NCBI GenBank assembly: GCA_963815195.1
Contig: CAWFGE010000012.1
Span: 128,001 to 192,000, forward strand
From: an uncultured Planctomycetaceae bacterium
GTDB taxonomy: Bacteria; Planctomycetota; Planctomycetia; Planctomycetales; Planctomycetaceae
Direction: 5' to 3'
DNA: 64,000 nt
Notes under the pieces: generated by a model
What the model was told of the DNA's origin: nothing
What the model saw: the letters and a program-made list of their open reading frames with translations, nothing else
Databases searched by the model: none
Shown: positions 1 to 10,735 of the stretch, one piece after another
Layout: each line of letters begins with the position of its first letter
Position numbering within the stretch: position 1 is the stretch's first letter
Made by a program: the position numbers and the translations under genes

Positions 1-1
1 C

Positions 2-520
2 GTCAATTACCGCAACCTGAAAATCATGGAACTTCCCGACACGCCGATCGATCCCCAATACATCGCCACCGCGAACCGGGATTTTCGGTCGCTGTATTCG
101 GGCATCGATTTGAGCGGGTGGAAAGCCGAGGGCGACGGCTGGAAATCCCAGGATTGGATTCTCGCCCACAACGGAAACAGCCCCGGCACGCTGACCACCG
201 CGGAAGACTTCGGCGACGTCGGCTTCGTGTTCGATGTCCGCCTCAATAAAGACAGTCAAAACACCTCCGCGACCTTGCGGGGCGTCGACATCCCGATCAC
301 AGCGGATGAACCGGCGATTTCAAAACACCTGGAACGGACCGGATGGAACCGCTTTGAAGGCGAACTTCAAAACGGCCGGCTCTCCCTGAAACTCAACGGA
401 AAAACCGTGTGGACCGACAAGGACGTGTCCGCCTCCAAAACCGGCCCCTTAAAACTCCAAGCCCAAGGTCCGGTGCAGTTCGCCAACATCTATGTCCGCA
501 AGCTGAAACCTGCACCGTAA
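2..520 (+). CDS. DUF1080 (3-keto-disaccharide hydrolase-like) domain protein, 5'-truncated by window edge
   Basis: Frame open from window start (VNYRNLKIME, end of a preceding DUF1080 repeat); LYSGIDLSGWK, WNRFE and GPVQFANIYVRKL motifs. Confidence 0.8.
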   Translation, partial: VNYRNLKIMELPDTPIDPQYIATANRDFRSLYSGIDLSGWKAEGDGWKSQDWILAHNGNSPGTLTTAEDFGDVGFVFDVRLNKDSQNTSATLRGVDIPITADEPAISKHLERTGWNRFEGELQNGRLSLKLNGKTVWTDKDVSASKTGPLKLQAQGPVQFANIYVRKLKPAP

Positions 521-677
521 GAAGCCATTGACGTAACGCCCGCGGCGGTTATTCTAATGGTAGGTTCTTCCGGCTCTTGACGGGTTGGAATCTTTTGGCA
601 ACGAATGCCTTCCCTCCACCATTCGGGAAGGCATTTTGTTTGCGCGGTCCTTTGTACCATAAAGCCAACGCGCACGG

Positions 678-742
678 TTTGGATATTGAGATTTCGGTCA
701 TTGGAGCTTGTTTCGGATTTCGAGATTCGGATTTCGGATTTT
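678..742. repeat. Intergenic short tandem repeat (TTCGGAT/TTCGAGAT units)
   Basis: tttcggatttcgagattcggatttcggattt read directly. Confidence 0.6.
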
Positions 743-779
743 TGGCGCAGAATGGCGCACGGTTTTTGGACGGTGTGAC

Positions 780-1208
780 ATGCTTTCGCGATTTCAGCAT
801 ATTCTCGTTCCGCTGGATTTTTCCGAGAAGAACCAGGCGGCTTTGGACGTGGCGTTTGAACTGGCGGTGACCAACGAGGCCCGCGTGACCCTGCTGCACG
901 TCATCGAGACCCTCGACTTGCCCGATGACCCGGAAGTGGAGCAGTTCGTCGGGCACCTGCGGGAACGGGCCGACCGGGAATTGGAGTTTTGCACCAGCGG
1001 TTCGCCGACGCCAAGCTGGCGGTGGAGTGGAAAATTCGCCTGGGAAAACGGGCGCAGGGAGATCGCGGCTTACGAGGCGGAGCACGACATCGACCTCATC
1101 GTGCTCAGTTCGCATCCCATCAACCCGGACGACCCCGGCGGCAGCCTGGCCACGCTGAGTTACCAGGTCGCCCTGTTGTCGCGGTGCCCGGTGTTGTTGG
1201 TCAAATAG
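780..1208 (+). CDS. Universal stress protein (Usp family), two compensating frameshifts at about 990 and 1058
   Basis: FQHILVPLDFS N-terminus, DLIVLSSH, CPVLLVK C-terminus; the alternate frame supplies the expected middle HQRFADAKLAVEWKIRLGKRAQ. Confidence 0.9.
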   Translation: MLSRFQHILVPLDFSEKNQAALDVAFELAVTNEARVTLLHVIETLDLPDDPEVEQFVGHLRERADRELEFCTSGSPTPSWRWSGKFAWENGRREIAAYEAEHDIDLIVLSSHPINPDDPGGSLATLSYQVALLSRCPVLLVK

Positions 1209-1263
1209 CGGAGAGCGGAGAGCCGAACCTAATCTTCTGGCTCTCCGCTCTTGGCTCTCCGCT
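1207..1263. repeat. Inverted 7-mer repeat array (AGCGGAG / CTCCGCT)
   Basis: agcggagagcggagagcc ... ggctctccgctcttggctctccgct. Confidence 0.6.
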
Positions 1264-1316
1264 TTATAGAATCAACGTGTCATTTACGCCAGAACTTTGT
1301 TGAAAGGAACACGTCT

Positions 1317-1835
1317 ATGGAACCTCAAATGGACGATTTAAAACCCATGCCCCGCGCGGAAAATTTTATGACCACCCACGTCGAGACCATCACTCCGGAA
1401 ATGCCCTTGGCATCGATTATTCAATTCCTGGAGGAGCACAAGGTGTCCAACGCCCCGGTCGTGGAAATGAAAGGGGAAGCGAAGATGCTCGTGGGATTCG
1501 TGTCCGAGCGGGAGTGCCTGGAATTCCTGGCCAACGAATCGTTTTTCGGTTCGCCCAGCCCCCCGCAGACGGCGGCGACGATCATGCGTCGGCATCCGGT
1601 CTGCGTGCAGCCGGAGACCGAGGTCTTCACGCTCGCGTCGATTTTCGTCAGCCACGGCTACCGCCATTTGCCCGTCGTGGACAACGGCCGGCTCGTGGGC
1701 ATCGTCAGCCGGCGAGACATTCTCAAAGCGATGGACGAGTATTACCGGAAAATCCTGCGGGAAAAAGACCGGGAACGGCAGCACCCCGATTACAGTGAAA
1801 TCATGCAGCAGCGGTTCGTCGTGTCGAGCCGATAA
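1317..1835 (+). CDS. CBS domain pair protein
   Basis: Two CBS repeats (VSNAPVV..LVGFVSERE; YRHLPVVDNGRLVGIVSRRDIL); AAGGA upstream of ATG. Confidence 0.9.
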   Translation: MEPQMDDLKPMPRAENFMTTHVETITPEMPLASIIQFLEEHKVSNAPVVEMKGEAKMLVGFVSERECLEFLANESFFGSPSPPQTAATIMRRHPVCVQPETEVFTLASIFVSHGYRHLPVVDNGRLVGIVSRRDILKAMDEYYRKILREKDRERQHPDYSEIMQQRFVVSSR

Positions 1836-1919
1836 GGGGTTCGGCGCCGTGGTCGGATGTGATAGGATGAGGTCGGGATTCCCACTTCGACTTTTGATTT
1901 TTGACCAGACCGATTTCTC

Positions 1920-2381
1920 ATGACCTCTTCCCTGCCGACGCCCTCGCGGGATGATGATACGCTGATCGTCCGCCCGGGACTGGAGATTCCGACTAGCGAG
2001 TTCGAGTTTACGTTCATGCGGAGTTCGGGGCCGGGCGGGCAGAACGTCAACAAGGTCAGCACAAAGGCCCGCCTCCGCTGGCCGGTGGAGGAAACCGAGA
2101 GCCTGCCCGAAGCTGTCAAGGAGCGGTTCACCAAACGCTATCGCCGGCGGATGACCAACGAAGGCGAACTGGTTCTGACCAGCCAGCGCTACCGCGACCA
2201 GACGAAGAACGTGGGCGACTGTTTGCTCAAGCTCCGCGAGCTGATCGACGCGGTCGTGGATGTCCCCAAGCCCCGCAAGAAGACCAAGCCCTCGCGCGGC
2301 TCGAAAGAACGCCGGCTCAAACAAAAACGCGAGCGCTCCGCGCGGAAGGAACTCCGCAAACCGCCCCGCCGCGCGGAATAG
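1920..2381 (+). CDS. arfB: Alternative ribosome rescue factor B / peptidyl-tRNA hydrolase (YaeJ)
   Basis: RSSGPGGQNVNKV GGQ motif and basic tail KPSRGSKERRLKQK. Confidence 0.95.
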   Translation: MTSSLPTPSRDDDTLIVRPGLEIPTSEFEFTFMRSSGPGGQNVNKVSTKARLRWPVEETESLPEAVKERFTKRYRRRMTNEGELVLTSQRYRDQTKNVGDCLLKLRELIDAVVDVPKPRKKTKPSRGSKERRLKQKRERSARKELRKPPRRAE

Positions 2382-2489
2382 TCGGCAGGTTCAGGGCCCC
2401 GGCGAGAGGCTTTCGCATTCGGGCGGGTTTCACTATAACCGGCTCTTGTTCCGAGGGTTGTTTTTTGGTTTTGAGTGAAGTGGTTCCTC

Positions 2490-3707
2490 ATGGCTCCAGA
2501 TCGGCCTCCGCTGGTGGTGGGCGTGCCCCGCGAGACGTTTCCGGACGAACGCCGCGTGGCGGTGGTTCCCGCGACGGCGAAGATGCTGCAAAAAGCCGGG
2601 CTGAAGGTGGTGCTCGAATCGGGGGCCGGGCATGCGGCCGGTTTTCCCGATGCCGACTACGAGCATCAAAACGTGCACATCGCGGCGAGGCGGGAGGAAG
2701 TCTTCGAGACCGCCGACGTTCTGGCGAGCGTGCGGGCGGGCGGGGCGAATCCGGAGTTGGGCGGGGCCGACATCGCCCGCTTGCGGGACGGGCAGATTTG
2801 GATCGCGATGTGCGATCCGCTGTCGAAGCCGGGGCCGATCCAGGAGATGGCCGAACGCGGGGCGATGGTATTCGCTTTGGAATTGCTCCCGCGAATCACG
2901 CGGGCCCAGAGCATGGACGTGCTGTCGTCGATGGCGACGGTCGCGGGGTATAAAGCCGTGCTCCTGGCGGCCGACACGCTGCCGCGGATGTTTCCAATGC
3001 TGATGACGGCCGCGGGCACCGTGGCGCCCGCGAAGGTCTTCATCGTGGGAGCGGGCGTCGCGGGACTGCAAGCGATCGCCACGGCGAAACGGCTCGGGGC
3101 GGTCGTCAGCGCCTACGACGTGAGGCCCGCCGTCAAAGAGCAGGTCGAAAGCCTGGGCGGAAAGTTCGTCGAGTTCCAGCTCGAAACCGAAACCGCCGAG
3201 GCGAAAGGCGGCTACGCCAAGGCGATGGATGAGGAGTTCTACGTCAAACAGCGCGAGATCATGACCAAAGTCGTCGCCGGGAGCGACGTGGTCATCACCA
3301 CCGCCGCCGTGCCCGGCAAGACTGCCCCGGTGCTGGTCACGGCCGAGATGGTTCGCGGCATGGCCCCCGGTTCGGTGATCGTCGATCTCGCGGCGGAGCG
3401 CGGCGGGAACTGCGAACTCACGAAACTCGACCAAACGGTCGTCGAACGGGACGTGACGATTTTAGGGCCGGGAAACCTCGCCTCGTCGATTCCCTATCAC
3501 GCCAGCGAAATGTACGCCAGGAACGTCGCGACCTTCCTCAAGCATCTGGTCAACACCGGCATGGGGAGCGAACGCCAATTGCCCGCGGAGATTGAAGACG
3601 AAATCCTCCGCGACACGCTCATCACCCGCGGGGGCGAAGTCATCCACCCCCGCCTCCGCGATCAACTCGGCCTCGAACCGCCCGGAAGCTTATTGACGGG
3701 GGACTGA
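2490..3707 (+). CDS. pntA: NAD(P) transhydrogenase alpha subunit, soluble domain I (PntAA)
   Basis: GVPRET..ERRVA, PRITRAQSMDVLSSMA, GAGVAGLQAIATAKRLGA, DLAAERGGNCE. Confidence 0.93.
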   Translation: MAPDRPPLVVGVPRETFPDERRVAVVPATAKMLQKAGLKVVLESGAGHAAGFPDADYEHQNVHIAARREEVFETADVLASVRAGGANPELGGADIARLRDGQIWIAMCDPLSKPGPIQEMAERGAMVFALELLPRITRAQSMDVLSSMATVAGYKAVLLAADTLPRMFPMLMTAAGTVAPAKVFIVGAGVAGLQAIATAKRLGAVVSAYDVRPAVKEQVESLGGKFVEFQLETETAEAKGGYAKAMDEEFYVKQREIMTKVVAGSDVVITTAAVPGKTAPVLVTAEMVRGMAPGSVIVDLAAERGGNCELTKLDQTVVERDVTILGPGNLASSIPYHASEMYARNVATFLKHLVNTGMGSERQLPAEIEDEILRDTLITRGGEVIHPRLRDQLGLEPPGSLLTGD

Positions 3708-3723
3708 GCTGAGCGTCTGTCCC

Positions 3724-3836
3724 GAACATCGCCCTTCGCTCCGCGAAGGTGGCGTATTGGTTGTTCGACGAGGTATGGAATCCGAACTTCGACTGAGAAT
3801 CTTCGCGCTCCCTTCGCGGAGCGAAGGGCGACGTTC
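3724..3836. repeat. REP-doublet (REPIN/MITE-like) with 26-bp inverted repeats
   Basis: gaacatcgcccttcgctccgcgaagg (3724-3749) vs ccttcgcggagcgaagggcgacgttc (3811-3836), 1 mismatch. Confidence 0.85.
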
Positions 3837-4041
3837 CCGGCTTATGGGACAGACTCTACGCTAAGCGAGGGACAGTTCGAGGCATTGGCCGGAGAATTGT
3901 CGAGGCGATTCGCCAAGGGTCTCAACGGCTTTTTCCACCAAGGCGTGCAAAGTTTTCGGGGCGGAGGGTGGTCCCGGCGGGCCGGATTCGTTAGAAGGTG
4001 GACGCCGATTGCAAAACCTCCCAACCTGCCACGGAACGAGA

Positions 4042-5840
4042 ATGTCCGCCGCGAACGATTTCGCAAATCCCGCCGCCGAGTATGACCGCCGGCTCTCAGG
4101 CCGCCAACAGACGGCAGCCCGCTGCGCCGACGCGGATCGGAAATATTCACAGGGCCGCGGCGCGGTGTTTCTCGCGGCCTTGGGTCTGGCGGCCGCCGTC
4201 TGGAACGTCGGTCTTTCGCCGTGGTGGCTTTTGGTGCCGTTGGCCGTTTTTACCGGGCTGGTGATCGCGCACGGCAAAGCGGTTCGCGAGTGCAGCGCGC
4301 CCGCCGGGCCGTCAATTATTACACGACCGCCCAAAGGCGCATCAAAGACCGCTGGATGGATGACGGCGCGACCGGCCAGCGCTATCGGGATCCCGAACAT
4401 CCTTACGCGGGGGATTTGGATTTGTTCGGCACGGCGTCGCTGTTTCAATTGATCTGCCGGGCTCGCACGCGATTGGGCGAAGATGCCCTCGCCCTTTGGC
4501 TTAAAGCCCCGGCGGAGCGGGAAATCATCCGGGAACGCCAGCAGGCGATCGATGAACTGCGGGGCCGGCTCGATTTGCGGGAAGAGCTCGCCCTGCTCGA
4601 TGCCAAGGTCCAGGAGGACTTGAACCAGAATCGGCTTCTCGCGTGGGCGAATGAACCCGCGCATCCCGTGAGCCGGGGACGCCGCATCGCGGCGGTGGTG
4701 GTTTCGGTGGTGGCGGTCGCGGGTCTTGTGGGTTGGATGCTGGGCATGCGGGTCTCGTTCGCGATCGCGGCGTTGCTCGTGCTTTTGGGGTTTATGGCGC
4801 TGTTCGCCCAAGCCATCAGGCGGGTCGCCGAATCGATCGACGCGGTTGGCTCCGGGCTCGCGATTTTGTCGCAAGTGCTCAGCGTCATCGAACACGAACA
4901 GTTCCAATCGCCGATGCTCGCGGAAACCCGCCGAAAGCTGGACACCGACGGCCATCCGCCTTCGTGGGAAATCGCCCGGCTCAACCGGTTGATCCAAAGC
5001 CTGCGGAATTGCTTGCAGAACCAGTTCTTCGCCCTGTTCGGATTTCTGTTGTGCCTGCCCGTGCATGTGGTCCATGCGATCGAAGTCTGGCGGGAACGCG
5101 TGGGGCCGCATATTGCGGATTGGCTCGAAGCCGCCGGCAAGTTTGAGGCCCTGTCCTCGCTCGCGGGATATGCCTACGAGCATCCCGGCGATCCGTTCCC
5201 GGAGATTGTGACGGAGTCGCCGCTGCTCAACGGGGTGCAATTGGGGCATCCCTTGTTGCCCGCCGCGGCCTGCGTGCGAAACAACGTCAAACTCGATGCG
5301 GGGCTGCGGCTGATTCTTGTCAGCGGCTCGAACATGTCCGGCAAGAGCACGCTGTTAAGAACCGTGGGCACGAATGTCGTGCTGGGGCTCTGCGGAGCGC
5401 CGGTGCGGGCCGAGTCGTTTAGGCTTTCGCCGGTGCAAGTCGGCACGGCGATGCGGATCAACGATTCCCTGCAGGACGGCAAGTCGCTGTTTTATGCGGT
5501 CGTCAGCCGGTTAAAAATGGTGGTGGATCTCGCCGACCGGAAACTGCCGCTATTGTTTCTGTTGGACGAGATTCTGCAGGGCACGAATTCGCACGACCGC
5601 CGAGTGGGGGCGGAAGGCGTGATCCGCAAACTGGTCGAGGAAGGCTCCGTGGGTCTCGTGACCACGCACGATTTGGCGCTTGCGCAAATTGTCGATTCGC
5701 TGGACGGCCGCGCGGTGAACTGCCACTTCGAAGACCAGCTCGTGGCGGGCAAGATGAGCTTCGATTACACGATCCGCCCCGGCGTCGTCGAGAAAAGCAA
5801 CGCCCTCGAATTGATGCGGCTTTTGGGTCTGGATGTGTGA
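4042..5840 (+). CDS. Membrane-anchored MutS-related ATPase (MutS domain V), frameshift at about 4290
   Basis: SGSNMSGKSTLLR Walker A, LFLLDEILQGTNS, LVTTHDL; N-terminal TM segments; HPYAGDLDLFG motif. Confidence 0.9.
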
Positions 5841-5967
5841 TCTCCGCGTCCCGACGCCGCGGCGAACAATCCGCCTTGCCTGGTTTGGACAAGACCTATA
5901 CAACGTCAAATAGGCGGAGGGTCGTATTTTTTGGCCTTCGCCGGCTTCTCTCACGAGGGGAGAAGGA

Positions 5968-8900
5968 ATGGAATCGGCGGCTATGGAGAAACTCATGACC
6001 TTATCAACTTCCCCCAATTCCCACCGATTTTTGCCGCTGCGCGGGATTTGGCTACTGGGAATGTGCGTGCTTTGGGGATGGGGGCCGGTCGCGCCCGCTC
6101 AGCAGCCGAATTCACCTCCTCCCGCGACAAAACCCCCCGCGCAGAACGCCGCGGACCCTCCGATCATCCAGACGTTGCCGATGCCGGAGAACGCGGCTCC
6201 GCCCAAGGACAAGCCGGCGTCCCCGTTGTTTTCGGATTCGCTTTCCAAGCTTTCCAAAGAAACGGTGGAGAGCCGGCTCAAAGAGGCCGGCAATGATCCG
6301 AATTTGGACAAAACCCAAAAAGAGAATCTCACCGCGCTTTATCAGCAGGCTTTGAACGACCTGGCGGAGGCGGCGGCCCAGGACGCCGAGGCGGCGAACT
6401 ATGTGCAGCAAATGCAAGAGATTCCCGCGAAAATCCAAGAGGCGAAGAAAACCAAAGAAGCCTTGGAGAAACAGGCCCTCGAGCAGCCGCCCGACAAGCC
6501 GGCCTCCGTGGAGATTCCTCCCGAAGCGACGCTGACGGAACTCCAGCAGACATTGGCGGCCCGCGAAGAGGAAAAGTCCAATGAAAAGAAACTTTTCGAA
6601 GATGCCGTCAATATGCTGAAAGACTTCACTGCGCAGCAAAACGATTTGACGCAGCGGCGGAAAACGGCTCAGGACGGGCTGGCCGAGACGGAACAGAAGC
6701 TCAAAGGTTTGCCCGCCAATGCGGTGCCTTCGACGCCGAAAACGCTCGCCGAACGCACGCAGCTCCGCGCCCGCGCAAAAATGGCAGGCGACCCTGGCCC
6801 GGCTGGACAAGGAAGAAGCCTGGCGGAAGGAGCGGATGGCATTGGTCCCGTTGGAGCGCGACATCGCCGCCAAGCGGGAAATGCAGTTGGAGTCCATCAT
6901 TCAAGGCTGGCGGAAGGCCGTCGCGGTGAAACGCCAAAACGACCTCGAGCAGCAAAAAGCCGAGGCCGAGTCGCTCGTCCGAGAGGCGGAGGGTTTCAAG
7001 CAGTATGCGGGCATCGGCGACCGCGCCCGCAGAATTGTCGAGCTGACCGAACTCCGCCGGAAAACGGCCGCGGAAATCCCGCAGGCGGTCAAAGAACTGG
7101 ATTCCGCCAAAGCCCAATTGAAAACCCTGGAGGACAATTTCAAGCAAAGCCGCGAGCGGGTCACCGTGGCCGGCCGCACGATGAACGTGGGCACGCTGCT
7201 CCGCATTCAGCAGAAGAAACTGCCCAACGTCCGCAAGCTGGAGCAGAACATCCATTCGCGGCAGGATGAAATTCAGCATTTGGAACTCTCGTCGTTCGAG
7301 TTCACCGACCGCACGAAGGAGTTGGCCTCGCAGTCGGCGGTGGAGTTGGTCAACTCGCTCGAACCGCCGCCCGAAGCGGACGAGCGGGTGAAGTTGGAGT
7401 CCTTCGTGGCAAAACTGCTCGAGACGGAAACGAGGCACCTCGATGCGCTCAACAAGGATTACAACGACCTTTTAGACAAGCTGTTGGAACTGGACAAAGA
7501 CGAAAAGCAGCTCATCGAGAAGACAAACGACTACAGCCAATTCATCGGCGAGCACGTGCTCTGGATTCGCAGCTCCGAACCGCTGTGGAAGCAGCCTTTC
7601 CGCGACTTTCAGAGCGCGTTGGGGGAACTGTTTCAGGCGAACGATTGGGCCAACGTGCTTTCCACGTTGGGGCAGGACTTTTGGGACAGCCCGGCGGTGT
7701 GGGCGGCCGCGATCGCCCTTTTCGGGTTGTTGTTCATCCAGCATCACCGGATGAAACGGCAAATCGACGAGATTGGCAAGAGCATGAACAAGCGGGGGCT
7801 CACCGAATTCCGCCCCACGCTCCGCGTGCTCGCCAATACCATTTTCATCGCGATCCTCTGGCCCGCCGTCTTGTGCTGGGTCGGCTACCGCTTGTTCCAC
7901 CGTTTGGAGACCCCCGTGGCGGTCGCGGCGGTCGGGTCGGCTTTATTCGCGATGGGATTGATTTTCTTCCCGCTCGAACTGTTGCGGCAAAGCTGCCGGA
8001 CCAACGGCCTCGTGCAATCGCATTTCACCTGGCCGGCGCCGGTGGTGACGATGATCCGCCGGAACCTCCGCTGGCTGAAACTGTTCGCCCCGCCGTTCGC
8101 CTTCGTGGCGGCCCTGTTTCATGCCGCCGGAGGCACCGCGCTCGAAGCCCACGAATCCCTGGGCCGGGCGTGCTTCGTGGCGGCGCTCCTGCTGGCCGCG
8201 TTGTTTTTGCATCGCGTCCTTCGGCCGTCCGGGGCAACGTTTCGGGCCCTGGTCGCCAATCGGCATGGAGGCTGGATCGAGCGGCTCAAATACGTGTTCT
8301 ACGCGGTGGGGGTCCTAGTGCCCGTGTCGCTCGCGGGTCTGGCCGTGTTCGGCTATTACTACACCGCCGAGCAACTCGTGGGCCGGTCGTATGCGACGCT
8401 GCTTTTGGTCCTCGCCGTCTTGATTTTGGATGCTTTGATTCTCCGCTGGCTCTTGGTGACCCGCCGGCGGCTGGCGATGGATCAGTTACGCCAACGCCGC
8501 CAGGCCGCGCTGGCCCAGGCCCAAGCCGCTCAAGCGGCCGGCGGCACGCCCGGTGCCGCTTCGCCGGTCATTCCCAACCCCGTCGAAGCCGACGATGAGC
8601 GGTTGGACGTTTCGGAGATGAACGACCAGACCCGGCAACTGATCCGCAGCCTGCTCTTCGTGGGAATCGTCGTCGGGCTGTGGGGCGTCTGGGTGGATGT
8701 GCTGCCGGCGCTCGCGGTGCTGAAAAAAGTCCAAATCCACGCGTTGACGATCGAGCGCGTGATCGAAGAACCCGCGAAGCCGGTCACCAAAGCCACAGAA
8801 ACCCCCTCGGCGACCGGGGCGGCCGCCGCCACCCCGGCCACGGCCACGAACGAAGCCGCCGAGAAACCCGCGGAAACCACCAAGAGAATCATCCGCGTAC

Positions 8901-9760
8901 CCATTACGCTCGCGGATTTGCTGTTGGCGGTGATCCTGTTGATCGTCGCCATCGGAGCCGCCCGCAACCTGCCGGGCATGTTGGAAATGATCGTGCTCCA
9001 ACGCCTGCCCATCGACAACGCCGCGCGGTACGCGATCACCACGCTCGCCCAATACGGCTTGATGATCGTCGGGATCAGCGCGGCCTTCTATGTCGTCGGC
9101 CTCCGCTGGCAGAACGTGCAATGGCTGGCGGCGGCCCTCATGGTCGGCCTGGGCTTCGGCCTTCAGGAAATCTTCGCGAATTTCTTCTCCGGCATGATCG
9201 TGCTTCTGGAACGCCCGGTCCGCGTGGGCGACATCGTCACCGTGGGCAGCACCACCGGCATCGTCACCCGCATCCGCATGCGGGCCACCACGATCACCAA
9301 CTGGGAACGCCAGGAGATGATCATCCCCAACAAGGACCTCATCACCGGCACCGTGCTCAACTGGACGCTCTCGGATACCATCCAGCGCGTGTTTATCCAA
9401 GTCGGCGTCGCCTACGGCTCGGACACCGACAAGGCGACGAAGACGCTTTACAAGGTGCTCAAAAACCACCCCGCGGTCCTGGACGACCCGCCGCCTTTGG
9501 TCACGTTCGCGGGCTTCGGCGACAGCACGCTCGATTTTGAAGTCCGCTGCTTCCTGCCGAACGCCGCCATCAAGCTGGCGACCACGCACGAACTGCACAT
9601 GAACATCGACCGGGCGTTCCGCGACGCCAACATCGAAATCGCCTTTCCCCAACGCGATTTGCACATCCGCTCGGTGGAATCGGCGTTCCCGATCAAGCAG
9701 GTTTCCGCCACCATCAACGGCCAACCCGCAAAAGAGTCGGCCGTTTCCAAAGGGGCATAA
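5968..9760 (+). CDS. MscK/KefA-like mechanosensitive channel, frameshift in A-run at about 6780
   Basis: Signal peptide, long coiled coil, multiple TMs, GLGFGLQEIFANFFSG, IEIAFPQRDLHIRS. Confidence 0.92.
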
Positions 9761-9795
9761 GCAGCCCGCTTTTTGATGGGCTGTTCGCAATTCAC

Positions 9796-9872
9796 CCCAA
9801 GCCGCCGGCTTGCCGGCGAACCGACGCCAAGGCGTCGGCTTGGGCGGCGAACCGACGCCAAGCCGCCGGCTG
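9796..9872. repeat. Tandem palindromic repeat of about 30 bp (2.5 units)
   Basis: ccaagccgccggcttgccggcgaaccgacg / ccaaggcgtcggcttgggcggcgaaccgacg / ccaagccgccggct between convergent genes. Confidence 0.75.
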
Positions 9873-9926
9873 AAAGTAGGCTTCCGCCGTGAGGAGTTGT
9901 TCCGCGGTGGACATGCTTTTGGGCTT

Positions 9927-10304
9927 TTATTCGGAAGGCAAGGGTTCAATGGTCACGCCCAGCGGAAACCGCACGGTCTGCTGGGCGTAATGATCGGGGC
10001 CGAAGCCGCGAATCTGATCTCGCTTGAGTTCCGCAACTTCTTTGGGCCCGGTCCAGACAGCGGCCCGCCCCGTGAGATCGACCGCCTGCGTCAGGATGAA
10101 CGCCTTTTGCAAATCGTGCCCGCAGACTTTCTGCAGCACTTCGATCACATATTCGTACGTGTGGTGGTCGTCGTCGTGCACGATGACCGCATAGGGCGGT
10201 TGCTTTTTGGGCCGCTTCTTGTCTTCGGTCTTCGTGCCGGTTTTGGATTTCGTGCGAACCTGCGGCTCTTCGAGCGTCGTGGTTCCCGGTTGTTCTTCGG
10301 CCAT
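9927..10304 (-). CDS. clpS: ATP-dependent Clp protease adaptor ClpS
   Basis: PPYAVIVHDDDHHTYEYVIEVL, GRAAVWTGPKEVAE, PLGVTIEP. Confidence 0.9.
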   Translation of the reverse strand: MAEEQPGTTTLEEPQVRTKSKTGTKTEDKKRPKKQPPYAVIVHDDDHHTYEYVIEVLQKVCGHDLQKAFILTQAVDLTGRAAVWTGPKEVAELKRDQIRGFGPDHYAQQTVRFPLGVTIEPLPSE

Positions 10305-10547
10305 AGATTGACAATCTCCCAACAATTCTGATGACCCGGCCCGTGAACGTCTTCCTTTTTTGTAACAGATTCTTTGGGCAAACGTAACATCTCATTGGGC
10401 GGCGGTTGCCGAATTGCGTGGCACGGGGGTGGACCACCTTTCAGGCGGTGCCCGCACACGAATGGTTTAATCCGCGTTCATTTTTAATCGAAATCCCCTC
10501 ATCCGGCCTTCCTGTGCGTCTCACGAAAGTAGGTAATGGGCCAATTT

Positions 10548-10583
10548 GGGTGGCACGTCGCTGAGGCTCAGGGCGTGCCACCC
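10548..10583. repeat. GGGTGGCACG...CGTGCCACCC palindromic REP family, copy 1
   Basis: gggtggcacgtcgctgaggctcagggcgtgccaccc; relatives at about 11983, 14461 and 45368. Confidence 0.8.
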
Positions 10584-10735
10584 AGATTTTCCAACGACCT
10601 TCGTGAGACACACGGCCGGCCTTCGGCCACAGGGGGATTGCATTGCCGGCGAACGTTTCTGGGATTACGGTTTATGGGCACAAACTTTCAACAGAAGCCT
10701 CTCCCGCGAACCCGCCCATTAGAAACCGGTTCCCC

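Noticed and set aside
6775..6785. Programmed frameshift in the MscK-like gene
   Set aside because: Simple A-run indel amid many similar errors
9796..9872. Possible mini-CRISPR
   Set aside because: Repeat units abut with no unique spacers and there are no cas genes
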